A stretch of DNA of 64,000 nucleotides from Gemmatimonadota bacterium (GCA_039589315.1 JBDHHQ010000014.1:1-64000), one strand, 5' to 3'; numbered from the stretch's first letter, positions 9,309-18,451 are shown. A program made the numbers and translations. The notes: generated by a model not told the origin, from the sequence alone.

Positions 9309-10208
9309 TCAAGGCGGCCCACCGGTCCGCAAACGGATCACCCTGCCGTTCAGCGGCTGGACCGGTCGGTTCGTGCCGGGAATCAGAGCCGTGAACGCCC
9401 GCATTTGCCCTTCGGACAGCGTGACGGCCGCAGCCATCACCAGCCATGTCACGACCTCGAGACACGGTGGTGTGGTCAGGGAGCCCTCGTACCGGTAGTA
9501 GTCCTCGGAGGCTGGCAACAGATCGAGAGCGTTCACGGTCACCCCCTCGACGTGACGGGACTCTCCTGGTGCGGAGGGGAGATTCTGGATGATGGCGTCG
9601 AAGGCCGGGGTCAGGTCCCCCTCCTCGATCAGAATGCCCACTACTGCCAGTCGTCCGTCGGGACCCTGGTGAACCAGGTGCATCTCAAGCGGCGCGTGCC
9701 TTCCATCGACCGTATGCTCGCTGGGGCTGTGGAAGTGTCCCTGGATCAGATCGAACTCCAGACCGTCCAGCTCCAGCACGCCACCGGCGTCCGTGTTGAC
9801 CTGGATCGTGTGGCCGTTGTCGAGGATGTCCGCGACGTGCTCGTTCCGTGCGATCCGCAGGGACGCTGGTAGGTAGCGCCGGCGCTTCGATCCCTCCTCG
9901 GGCTCCAGGCCCGTCGGCAAGTCGATGGGTGATTGCCGGTGGCCGTCGCTGCAGAGCGTCCAGGCGGGATTGAGGCTCGCCCACATAACCGGGCCGTCAT
10001 GGGCCTCGTATCCCCAATGGGGCGCCTGCTCCTCCACGCCACCCTCGTCCGCGGCTCCCGCGGTCTGGTCCTCCGCCCCCGTGCAGGCGTTGACCACGCA
10101 CAGAAGCACCCCCACGAGCCCACTCCAGCCCAGCGCTCGCCACTGCTCAGCCTCGCCACTCCCCCAGCGAGGCCATGCTGAGCCTGAGCTGCCGGAATGA
10201 CCAATCAT
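9309..10208 (-). CDS. cah: Periplasmic (probable lipoprotein) alpha-carbonic anhydrase
   Basis: HWGY, QSPIDL, NGHT proton shuttle, Zn ligands HFHSPSEH...EMHLVH, GSLTTPPC, NRPVQPLNGR; VNAC lipobox-like; ATGA overlap with upstream gene. Confidence 0.93.
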   Translation of the reverse strand: MIGHSGSSGSAWPRWGSGEAEQWRALGWSGLVGVLLCVVNACTGAEDQTAGAADEGGVEEQAPHWGYEAHDGPVMWASLNPAWTLCSDGHRQSPIDLPTGLEPEEGSKRRRYLPASLRIARNEHVADILDNGHTIQVNTDAGGVLELDGLEFDLIQGHFHSPSEHTVDGRHAPLEMHLVHQGPDGRLAVVGILIEEGDLTPAFDAIIQNLPSAPGESRHVEGVTVNALDLLPASEDYYRYEGSLTTPPCLEVVTWLVMAAAVTLSEGQMRAFTALIPGTNRPVQPLNGRVIRLRTGGPP

Positions 10209-11140
10209 GGCGTGCCCCCCCACCGGTACTGGTAGCTGGTCCCTAACGCGTCGAAGTCCGGGCCACGCTCGATGCGGGCCGCGCTGGCCGCGACCAGGCG
10301 TAGAGTGTGTGAGGCGGCCAGCGGCAAGGCGAGCGTCACGCCGAAGCGAAAGGTCGAGATACGTGTGTCCCGTACGTTGCCGTCGATGGTCGTGCGCCCG
10401 CCGATCCCGTATCCCAGATCGAAGGCGAGCCAGCGGCCACGGGAGAAGTCGTAGATGACGTGAGCCTTCCCAACGAGGAGCGGTTTCTGGGTAACGGTGC
10501 TGCCGCCGAAGAAGTCGGAGTTCTCCGTGAAGACCCAGGCACCGCCGTAGGCTTCCAGCGTCCACGGCCCCACCGCCTGGGACGCGCCGATGACGGAGCG
10601 CACCGCCCAGCGATTAGACCCGAGATTGAGGAGCTTGCTGGAGTCGTATTGGCCGAACGGCGCCATGACCTGCACACTGGCGCCGACGATGGTGCCCTGC
10701 TGGTAGGTGGCGAAATCCGCGGCCTCGAGGGCCGGCGCGCCGACCAACGTGACCGAGAGCCGGACTCTGGGATCACCGAAACCGGTCACGGAGCGGGCGG
10801 TGTCCTGGCCTTCGAGCTTGCCCGTCCAATCACCGGAGGCGAAGGGGAGAATGACGTCGACTTTGCCTGCCAGCCCCCCGATGTCGAGCGCGCGCACGTA
10901 CGCGCCCACGAACGTATGGAGCTTCGAGTCCAGGTCCTCTACGGGAACGGCCGGGTCGAGCAGGATGTTGCCTCGTGAGTACGCGTACCCAACGAGGGCG
11001 AAGTTCATCCCGACGGGCACGTTCGTCAGCAGGCGAGGCTCGAGCTCCTGGGCCTCCAGGAACCCGGACGCAAACAGCAGGGCAGCGTGTGTGACCGTGA
11101 GAATCACAGTCGCCCTTGACAGGGCGGTCCGGGGGGTCAT
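10205..11140 (-). CDS. SphA/Phenol_MetA_deg-type outer-membrane beta-barrel transporter
   Basis: AQELEPR..N.PVG, GFGDPRVRLSV, P.GQYD..KLLNLGSNRW, terminal YQYRW. Confidence 0.85.
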   Translation of the reverse strand: MTPRTALSRATVILTVTHAALLFASGFLEAQELEPRLLTNVPVGMNFALVGYAYSRGNILLDPAVPVEDLDSKLHTFVGAYVRALDIGGLAGKVDVILPFASGDWTGKLEGQDTARSVTGFGDPRVRLSVTLVGAPALEAADFATYQQGTIVGASVQVMAPFGQYDSSKLLNLGSNRWAVRSVIGASQAVGPWTLEAYGGAWVFTENSDFFGGSTVTQKPLLVGKAHVIYDFSRGRWLAFDLGYGIGGRTTIDGNVRDTRISTFRFGVTLALPLAASHTLRLVAASAARIERGPDFDALGTSYQYRWGGTP

Positions 11141-11799
11141 GCTGCAGCCTTGCGCACCCGCCGCCGCCGCACCAGCCGGATCATGATCGGGTAACTGAAC
11201 CAGGACAGCTCCCAGAAGATCGGGAAGAACGCGAAGAGCAGGGTGAACAGGGCCGTGAGAGGCTCGGCGGTGATCCGGTCCCGCGTGGCCAGCGCGTCGT
11301 CGTCCGAGACGTCCGGCGAGAGCAGTCGGCGGTCCTTGATCGCGTAGCTCCACGCCCACGCTCCGGCGATTCCCACCGACGCCGTAGCCAGGCTCTCCAT
11401 CGCGCGGACACCGGCCGACGGCTCCAGCGCAACGCTCAGTCCCACGATCTTCAAGAAGATCAACAGGAGGAAGATCTGCACGACGCTCAGCACGGTGTGC
11501 CGACCGTCCGTGCGCTCGAGGTCGCCCAGCAAGGCGTTGCTCTGTAGCCAGTAGATGATCGTGAACGCCAGCCCGATGCCGACGGCCACGAACACCGGGA
11601 GCTCGTCCAGGAAGAACCCACCGATCGTCTCCCGCCCCCAATCTTCCTGGGTTGGACTGGGAAACAGCGTGAAGAGGCGCCAAAGCACCAGCGCGTAGAC
11701 CACATCGCTGAGGGTCTCCAGTCGGTTGAGCTGGAGGATGGCTTTCTTCTCCTTCGAGTCGCCGTCTCCCGCTACCCGGTGGCCATCTTCAGTCAGCAC
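11137..11799 (-). CDS. TMEM175 (DUF1211) family ion channel, divergent TM1
   Basis: RLETLSDVVYAL resembles RxExFSDxVFAI; IIYW motif; ~6 hydrophobic helices. Confidence 0.78.
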   Translation of the reverse strand: MLTEDGHRVAGDGDSKEKKAILQLNRLETLSDVVYALVLWRLFTLFPSPTQEDWGRETIGGFFLDELPVFVAVGIGLAFTIIYWLQSNALLGDLERTDGRHTVLSVVQIFLLLIFLKIVGLSVALEPSAGVRAMESLATASVGIAGAWAWSYAIKDRRLLSPDVSDDDALATRDRITAEPLTALFTLLFAFFPIFWELSWFSYPIMIRLVRRRRVRKAAA

Positions 11800-11828
11800 G
11801 GTTCAACGCCTGGGCAGGTACTGGACGC

Positions 11829-12701
11829 TCATCGCCCGACGCCCTCGACCTCCAATGGCTCCATACCCTCCGGCCACTCTACGCTCACGGTGTACCGGTC
11901 TCGCAGCGCCCCGAACACAGCCTCCTCGGCCTCCTGACGCCGCCTCGTCAGGAGCTCGCGCCGGACCAGGTCGTTCACCTCGTCCAGCGCCGGGGCCCGG
12001 CCGTCCACGCGCGCGTCGACCCGTACCAGGTGCAGACCGTAGCCTGACTCCACGGGCCCCTCCCATTCGCCCACCGGCAACGCCTCCACGCTCGTCGCGA
12101 AGCGGCCTCCGAAGTCACCGGCCACCTCGGTCGTGCGGGCCTCTACATACGCATGAGGCAGGACGAATGGATCTCCCACCGAAGACGGATCGACGTTGCC
12201 GCCCTGGTCCCGGAGCGAATCCCGGAAACGGGCGGCGTCCGTAGGCGCGTCCTCTCCGCGTCGATCGACGCTGAAGTAGATGTGCTGGAACGTAATGCGC
12301 GGCTCGAGACGGAACATGTCGGGATTCTCGTCCAGGAACGTCTGGAGCTCGGCCCGGGTCGGTTCCACGGCAGACGCCACGTCCTCGGTCAGGAACTGCA
12401 TCTTCTGGCGAAGCCGCCTGCGGATGATCTGATCGTCACGATCAAAGCCCAGAGCCAGCGCTTCCCGGTAGTAGACCTCCTCCTTGAGGTGGTCCCCGAT
12501 GAGGCCGGCGAGCTCGGCCTCTGTGGGTGGTCGCTGCCACGTCATGCGGAAGCCTGAGCTGAGCTGCTCGATCTGGCTGGAAGTCACGACGATCTCATCC
12601 GATCCGCTGTCGGCTCTCGATGCGGTCGCTCGCCAGCCGACGAAGAGCAGGGTGCCCACGACCAGGAAGTGGACCAGCGGTTGGCGGAAGAGTTTCTTCA
12701 T
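11829..12701 (-). CDS. PpiC/Rotamase_2-type peptidylprolyl isomerase-like protein
   Basis: PLVHFLVVG, EEVYYREALALG.D..D.IIRRRL.QKM, W.GPVESGYGLHLV. Confidence 0.88.
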   Translation of the reverse strand: MKKLFRQPLVHFLVVGTLLFVGWRATASRADSGSDEIVVTSSQIEQLSSGFRMTWQRPPTEAELAGLIGDHLKEEVYYREALALGFDRDDQIIRRRLRQKMQFLTEDVASAVEPTRAELQTFLDENPDMFRLEPRITFQHIYFSVDRRGEDAPTDAARFRDSLRDQGGNVDPSSVGDPFVLPHAYVEARTTEVAGDFGGRFATSVEALPVGEWEGPVESGYGLHLVRVDARVDGRAPALDEVNDLVRRELLTRRRQEAEEAVFGALRDRYTVSVEWPEGMEPLEVEGVGR

Positions 12702-12915
12702 GCCTGCTCAGGCTCCGTCGTGGACGCCGGCCAGCAAGCCGACCGAAAAGCTGGCGGCCGAGGCCATGTACAGAGACGCGATGAATGGTGTCATGACCCA
12801 AGTCTAGCGCGTGGCCGGCCTTTCCGGCCATGTGGAGGCCCAGCGATCCGGGTTCCTTTGGAGGGCCTCGGGTCGCGGTTCGGGAGAACGATGCCGGTTG
12901 CGGATCGAGGTCTCT

Positions 12916-12937
12916 TACATCATTATGTAGGTATAAT
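12916..12937 (+). promoter_or_regulatory. Probable TA autoregulatory operator/promoter
   Basis: Inverted repeat TACAT-catt-ATGTA (12916-12929) followed by TATAAT (12932-12937) at the antitoxin start; AT-rich patch in GC-rich DNA. Confidence 0.6.
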
Positions 12938-13178
12938 GATGACACGCACACAGATTTCCATGGAGCGAGAGATGCTCCAAAAAGCCCGCCAGCGTGCGGG
13001 AGCGCTGCGCATTTCCCTGGCCGAGTACGTGCGTCAGCTCATCGCGCGGGACCTGGGTGCGGATGCCGGCGGTAATGATGTGGGGGCCGTCTTCGATCTC
13101 GGGGGATCCGGTGGGTCCGACGTGGCGCGCAACAAGGATGCGATGATCGCCGAGGCCCTCGGTCGAGGAGGCGCTTGA
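12936..13178 (+). CDS. vapB: Ribbon-helix-helix antitoxin (VapB-like)
   Basis: MMTRTQISM beta strand, helix with SLAEYVRQLI; directly upstream of PIN gene. Confidence 0.8.
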   Translation: MMTRTQISMEREMLQKARQRAGALRISLAEYVRQLIARDLGADAGGNDVGAVFDLGGSGGSDVARNKDAMIAEALGRGGA

Positions 13179-13181
13179 CCG

Positions 13182-13595
13182 GTGAGCCTTTTTGTCGATT
13201 CCTCGACGTGGTATGCGGCCGCGGACCGGGACGACGCCTGGAACGAACGGGCCAAGGAGATCCTCTCGGCCGCTGAGCCGCTGGTCACGTCCGACCACGT
13301 CCTGCTGGAGACGTGGACGCTTCTCCGGTACCGACTCGGGAGGGCGGCCGCAGAGGCCTTCTGGCTGGGACTCAAGAGCGGCGTGGCCCGGCTCGAGTGC
13401 ATTGGCGACGCAGACCTTCAGATCGCCTGGACCATCGGTCAGGACTTTCCCGACCAGGACTTCTCCCTGGCCGACCGAACGAGCTTCGCCCTCATGCTGC
13501 GGCTCGGCGTACATCGGGCCGTGGCGTTCGATGACGACTTCGCGGTCTTCCGATTCGGACCCGGGCGGCGGCGGGCGTTCGAGGTGGTGCGGTGA
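13182..13595 (+). CDS. vapC: PIN-domain ribonuclease toxin
   Basis: FVDSS, VLLETW, SLADRTSF, AFDDDF acidic tetrad. Confidence 0.9.
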   Translation: MSLFVDSSTWYAAADRDDAWNERAKEILSAAEPLVTSDHVLLETWTLLRYRLGRAAAEAFWLGLKSGVARLECIGDADLQIAWTIGQDFPDQDFSLADRTSFALMLRLGVHRAVAFDDDFAVFRFGPGRRRAFEVVR

Positions 13596-13759
13596 GCCGA
13601 GGTAATGCGCTGGATCGCCGTCTCGGTGTATACGGGCCCTCGAGATGACGACCGCTCCGGCGCCCGCAGTGACGCCGAGCAACAGATACGCGGTCCCCCC
13701 CGAGGTCGTGGCGGGCAGGGGTGTCGCCTGAGGATCGCTTCAACGAAGAGGATGCCGGA

Positions 13760-15088
13760 CTAGACGTCTGGACCGGCCGACTCGCATACCTCGCCAATCG
13801 CATCGTCCGTCGGCTCGCTCCGTTCCGCTGCCGCCCTGGCTGCGGCCGGCGCGGACATGGGATCGACGATCCATCCGTGAACGGCACGATGGACCCAGCG
13901 CCTGAGATCGTGGATCCGCTCCTCGTCGGCCTTGGAATTCAGTCGGTTGGTGAGGAACACCACGAAGAGGTCGTGATCGGGGTCGATCCAGAGGCTGGTG
14001 CCGGTGAACCCCGTGTGCCCGAACGCGTTGTCGGTGAAGAAGTCGCTCCAGATGACCTCGGGCACGGGCATCTCCCAACCCAGGCCGAATCGAGCCGAGG
14101 GGTCCTCCCTGTGTGCGAACTGCTTGATCGTCGCCACGCAGGCCAGCGGTTCCGGGGCCTCCCAGAGGACGCTGCCGGCGAACGTGGCCAGGTCCCGGGC
14201 CGATCCGAAGAGACCCGCGTGGCCGGCCACCCCGCCCATGGCGTGCGCGTTCGCGTCGTGTACGGTTCCCCGCGTCTTCACGCCTGAACGCGGGTCCAGC
14301 TCCGTAGGAGCGATGACCTCCTTGGCGAACCCGGCCTCCAGGGGCTCGAACGCGGTCTCCCGGAGACCCAGCGGTTCGATTACCCAGCGGCCGGCCAGTA
14401 CGTTCAGGGGTTCCCCCGCGATCTTCTCGACGGCCAGCCCGAGCACGATCATCCCCAGGTCCGAGTAGACCTCCACCTCGCCCGGGTTGCCCCGGAGGCT
14501 CAGGTCCGCGATTGCTCCCAGGTACGCATCCCGACCCCTGTTCGAACGCCACAGTCGGGCTGCTGCCGGCAGCCCCGAGGTGTGGCTCAGGAGGTGACGG
14601 GCGCTGATCCGGCCCTTTGTCCCGGACGACGGCCAGCCCGGCAGGTACGTCGACACCGGAACGTCCAGATCCAGCTGTCCCTCTTCGACCAGACGCATGG
14701 CCGCTGTGGTGGTCACCATGGCCTTGGTGACAGAGGCCAGGTCATACACCGACGAGTCCGTCACCGCCGACGAAGATTCGTCCCAGTCGAGCCTTCCCCA
14801 GCTCCGGCTCAAGGCCACGTGACCGCCGAACCCGATGACGAGGGAGGCGCCCGGCGTGATGCCTTCCCGGATCCCCTCCTTCACGACGCGGTCCAGGCGG
14901 GATACGAGCCAGGGCGGGACGGGGACGGCGGCAGGCCCCGGCGCCTCGACGCCGGCAGCCGCTACTCCGTCGTCCGCCGGAAGCTGGGCGAGGGCCGGTC
15001 GAACGAAGAGCACCGCCGAGATCACGACGGTGCACCCAAAGAGAGGGCGCCACCTGAGGCTGCGCGTCGGGCTACCGCTGCTGATCAT
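13760..15088 (-). CDS. Secreted serine hydrolase, beta-lactamase/class C-like family
   Basis: SVTK (SxxK), LLSHTSGLP, YSD, VHDANA, GHAGLF, GHTGFTGT; signal peptide. Confidence 0.9.
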   Translation of the reverse strand: MISSGSPTRSLRWRPLFGCTVVISAVLFVRPALAQLPADDGVAAAGVEAPGPAAVPVPPWLVSRLDRVVKEGIREGITPGASLVIGFGGHVALSRSWGRLDWDESSSAVTDSSVYDLASVTKAMVTTTAAMRLVEEGQLDLDVPVSTYLPGWPSSGTKGRISARHLLSHTSGLPAAARLWRSNRGRDAYLGAIADLSLRGNPGEVEVYSDLGMIVLGLAVEKIAGEPLNVLAGRWVIEPLGLRETAFEPLEAGFAKEVIAPTELDPRSGVKTRGTVHDANAHAMGGVAGHAGLFGSARDLATFAGSVLWEAPEPLACVATIKQFAHREDPSARFGLGWEMPVPEVIWSDFFTDNAFGHTGFTGTSLWIDPDHDLFVVFLTNRLNSKADEERIHDLRRWVHRAVHGWIVDPMSAPAAARAAAERSEPTDDAIGEVCESAGPDV

Positions 15089-15270
15089 GCGCCTCCGTCG
15101 TCCGGCCGGATCGTGGATCCTGGCCCTGCCGGATCCTGCAACTGGGGATCTTCCCCGCCATCCCCGTACCACCTGTGAATCGACCTCTCTTCGGAGAAAC
15201 CTAACCCCCGCGGGCCGTCGTAGGTACATTGCGGACACGGCCGTGAACCGTACGTGATGGGGAGGAGTGG

Positions 15271-15786
15271 ATGGGTTGGACGCTTGGAATCGCCTTCACA
15301 ACCGTGGCGCTTCTTCTGGCCTGGAGGGTTCGCGCGCGGCGCGCCACGGCGGCGGGCATGCTACCGCCGGAGCTCGCGCGCACCTACACCATCGGCGGCC
15401 GCATCGAGGTTACGAACGACTGTTCGGACGACGACGGCGCGCTGCCGGATCAGGTCAGGATCAGGGCGTCGCTCTGCGACGGCGGCAGGCGGGAGGCCGC
15501 AGCCGAGGCCCTGGTGACGCTCCGCGCCCCTGAGCCCGGGGAAGCCGACGGGCCCCACAGGGTCGGCGACTACGTCATCGAGGTCCGTTGGTCAGCCAAG
15601 TCCCCCCCGGTCTACTGGAAGCCGCCCCGGGCCACTCAGACCGACGGCTCGGACCTGTGCCGGGGACTCGTGTGTCCTGAGCGAAACCACTGTGTGAACG
15701 TGGCCAGCCGGCCACGGCGCATTGAGCTCAGAGCGGCCGACACGGCGTACACGCTCCGCGTGGCCTGCATCTGCGTGCCCGACTGA
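15271..15786 (+). CDS. Hypothetical membrane-anchored Cys-rich protein
   Basis: GGAGGAG RBS; N-terminal TM helix; 7 Cys. Confidence 0.65.
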   Translation: MGWTLGIAFTTVALLLAWRVRARRATAAGMLPPELARTYTIGGRIEVTNDCSDDDGALPDQVRIRASLCDGGRREAAAEALVTLRAPEPGEADGPHRVGDYVIEVRWSAKSPPVYWKPPRATQTDGSDLCRGLVCPERNHCVNVASRPRRIELRAADTAYTLRVACICVPD

Positions 15787-15879
15787 CGTACGACGCCACG
15801 CGGACGGGCTGCCGCGGTGCACCGAGGTGCGGGAGGCGGGCTCGCCGATAGAGGTCCCGGCCAGGCCGGCGGACTGGCG

Positions 15880-16644
15880 CTACCCGTGCGCCATCCGGTC
15901 GAGGAAGGCTCGCTCGTCGGGCGTGAGGCTCCGTACGCCCCGCTGCATGGCCTTTGCCAACAGCTCCTCGACCTCGCCCCGGTTGAGCTCGTGCAGGCTG
16001 TCAGGTCGGATCGACGCCCAGCGTTGCAATGCCTCCCGTTCTGATACGCCGTCCGAAGGCGGGGCCACCTTCTTCTGCCATGCCGCCTTGACGGCACCGG
16101 CCCGGCGGTCCCTCAGGCGCAGGTAGACGTACCCGAACAGCAGCCCGCCCAGGTGAGCGAAGTGCGCCACCGCAGAGTTTGCCCCCGAGATCCCGCTGTA
16201 CAGGCTCGTGATCACGAGGAAGAACGCCAGGATGCGCGCCTGAACCGGCAACACGCCCCAGATGTAGATGTTCTCCCGCGGCCAGTAGTGAGCGAACCCG
16301 ATCAGGACGCCGAAGACTGCGGCGCTGGCTCCGACCACCGCGGCCTGCGGCGCGAAGATGAACGAAAGGGCCGCACCACCCAGACCGCTCAGGAAGTAGA
16401 GCTTCAGGAAGCCCCCGCTCCCCAGCTTGGCCTCCAGCCGTGGCCCGAAGAAGAAGAGCCCGATCATGTTGAACAGCAGATGCATCGTGTTCGCGTGCAG
16501 GAACATGTACGTGAACACGGTCCAGGGCCGGAAAAGGGCCCAGGGCGGGTAGAGCAGAAGGGCACGGTATAGCCCGGATCCCGGCGCCGCCACGAAGAAA
16601 AGCAGGACGTTGGCGACCAGGAGCCTCATCACCCAGGGGGTCAT
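15880..16644 (-). CDS. Rhomboid intramembrane serine protease with C-terminal soluble tail
   Basis: TYMFLH, HLLFNM, GASA (catalytic Ser), AHFAHLGG (catalytic His). Confidence 0.92.
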   Translation of the reverse strand: MTPWVMRLLVANVLLFFVAAPGSGLYRALLLYPPWALFRPWTVFTYMFLHANTMHLLFNMIGLFFFGPRLEAKLGSGGFLKLYFLSGLGGAALSFIFAPQAAVVGASAAVFGVLIGFAHYWPRENIYIWGVLPVQARILAFFLVITSLYSGISGANSAVAHFAHLGGLLFGYVYLRLRDRRAGAVKAAWQKKVAPPSDGVSEREALQRWASIRPDSLHELNRGEVEELLAKAMQRGVRSLTPDERAFLDRMAHG

Positions 16645-16782
16645 CGCCGTACCGTCGGTTCGAGAGAAGTCATTCGGGTCGAAGCGTCAGGGCCGCGGCT
16701 CCGCGCGGGAGCCGGATCGCTTCCACTAGTAGCCCCGGGTGCCGACGGGGTTCCGCTGGCCAAGAGAGGGTCGGAAAGAACC

Positions 16783-16813
16783 GGGCCCGCAGCGCCCCAC
16801 GCGCCACGGGCCC
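16783..16813 (-). terminator. Hairpin/terminator downstream of small ORF
   Basis: Minus strand GGGCCCGTGGCGC-GTGGG-GCGCTGCGGGCCC (13-bp stem, two G-U pairs) followed by GGTTCTTT. Confidence 0.6.
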
Positions 16814-16840
16814 ACCACCACCGCCACCACCCCTCCCCGC

Positions 16841-17008
16841 TTATCGGTCCTTCCGATCGCTGCTCTCCTGGTGGCGCTTGTCGGGCGCCGTACCGGTCGT
16901 CGCGAGCTCCGCTCGCTGTGTGACGCGCAGGTTGGGTGCACGCTGCGGGTAGGTATAGTCGAGCCGGGACACGAATCGTCGGCTTGAACGTCGTAGCATT
17001 CTCATCAT
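16841..17008 (-). CDS. Candidate small basic protein (54-55 aa), not in ORF track
   Basis: GGAGGGG then ATGATGAGAATG; MMRMLRRSSRRFVSRLDYTYPQRAPNLRVTQRAELATTGTAPDKRHQESSDRKDR*; followed by hairpin. Confidence 0.5.
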   Translation of the reverse strand: MMRMLRRSSRRFVSRLDYTYPQRAPNLRVTQRAELATTGTAPDKRHQESSDRKDR

Positions 17009-17107
17009 CCCCTCCCATCTATTTGAAGACGCGGTGGGCCCGGATTCGGCCCGACTTCCGCGTACAGCACTCCCTACGGATGACCACGGGAAAAGATTCG
17101 ATCCGCA

Positions 17108-18451
17108 CTACGGCGCCGCCACCACGCCCAGGAGATCCGTCAGGGCCCACCAGGCTCCGACGGCGAGGATGACACCCGGGATCACCCACCGTACCCACAG
17201 GTACAGCAGAAGCGTGCGCTGCCCTGAGCCATGGGCCAGCTCCTTCAGGGCCGCGCCCCGGTCCAGAGCCCAACCCACGGTCAGCGCCGCCACCAGGGCG
17301 CCGAAGCTCTGGAAGCCCGACCCGAAGGTCAGATCCCACGGCACGAAGATCCGCATGTTCAGCATGGGCGGGATCGCCATGACGAAGACGGCTCCGGTGA
17401 CGATCCAGGTGGCGGCCCTTCGGGACAACCGTGTGTTGTCCACCAGTCCCGCCACGAGCACCTCGAACGCCGCGACCGCCGACAGATACGCTGCGCCACC
17501 CAGCGCCAGGAAGAAGAGGGCGCCGAAGACGGCACCCCCGGGGATCTGGTCGAAGACGCCCGGAAGCGTGAAGAACAGGAGTCCCGGGCCGCTGGACGGC
17601 TCGAGGCCGAGCGCGAACACCGCCGGGAAGATGGCGAGGCCCGCGAGCAGCCCCGCCCCGGTGTCTCCCGCCACCGTCCAAATCGCGCTCCGGTCCAGCG
17701 GATCGTCCTCCGCGAGGTACGACCCGTACACCACCATCATGCTCCCACCCAATCCCATGGAGAAGATCAGCTGCCCCATGGCCGCCACGGCCACGCCCCC
17801 GGATAGCCCGCCGGGATCGAACTTGAGCAGCCACGCGAGTCCGGCGCCGGAGCCGGGGAGGGTCACGGCTCGGAGCACCAGGGCCAGCAAGGCCACGAAC
17901 AGCAGTGGGGTCAGCACCCGACTGACCGGCTCGATACCCGACCGGAGGCCCCGGAGGATGACGGTGGCGCAGGCCAACAGCACCGCGCTCGTGCAAATCA
18001 GCTGCAATCCGAGGGACCGTGGATCCAGGCCGGACTCGGGAGGCAGGATGCGAGACGGCTGCAGATCCACGCTCACCAGGCGTGCGACCTCCGCGATCCC
18101 GTGGAAGACGACCCAGCCCACCGCGTTCGAGTAGTACGCCGTGGCGAAGGCGATCCCGGCGAAGATGATCCAGCCCAGCGCCCGGCCCCCCGGGAGCCCT
18201 GCTCGCTGGTAGGCCCCCACGGGTCCTCGTCGCGTGTGGCGGCCCAGCGACCACTCCGCCATGAGCGCCGGGATGCCGATCACGGCGGCTGCCAACAGGT
18301 AGAACATCACGAACGCCGCGCCCCCGAACCGGCCCACCATGTACGGGAACCGCCACACGTTCCCGAGCCCCGCGGCCAACCCGATCATGGTGGCGATGAG
18401 GCCCAGCCGAGTCGCGAATGTCTCTCGGGGGCCGCCTCCCGGACCGATCAC
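17108..18451 (-). CDS. Sodium-dependent transporter, NSS/SNF family
   Basis: GLGNVWRFPY, GGAAF, YGSY, GPGLLFFTLP; GTGA overlap with upstream gene. Confidence 0.93.
   Translation of the reverse strand: MIGPGGGPRETFATRLGLIATMIGLAAGLGNVWRFPYMVGRFGGAAFVMFYLLAAAVIGIPALMAEWSLGRHTRRGPVGAYQRAGLPGGRALGWIIFAGIAFATAYYSNAVGWVVFHGIAEVARLVSVDLQPSRILPPESGLDPRSLGLQLICTSAVLLACATVILRGLRSGIEPVSRVLTPLLFVALLALVLRAVTLPGSGAGLAWLLKFDPGGLSGGVAVAAMGQLIFSMGLGGSMMVVYGSYLAEDDPLDRSAIWTVAGDTGAGLLAGLAIFPAVFALGLEPSSGPGLLFFTLPGVFDQIPGGAVFGALFFLALGGAAYLSAVAAFEVLVAGLVDNTRLSRRAATWIVTGAVFVMAIPPMLNMRIFVPWDLTFGSGFQSFGALVAALTVGWALDRGAALKELAHGSGQRTLLLYLWVRWVIPGVILAVGAWWALTDLLGVVAAP

Noticed and set aside
16835..16875. SRP RNA (CAGG, AGCAGC, CGGAAGG fragments on minus strand)
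   Set aside because: Elements are in the wrong order for SRP helix 8 and lie inside the candidate small ORF
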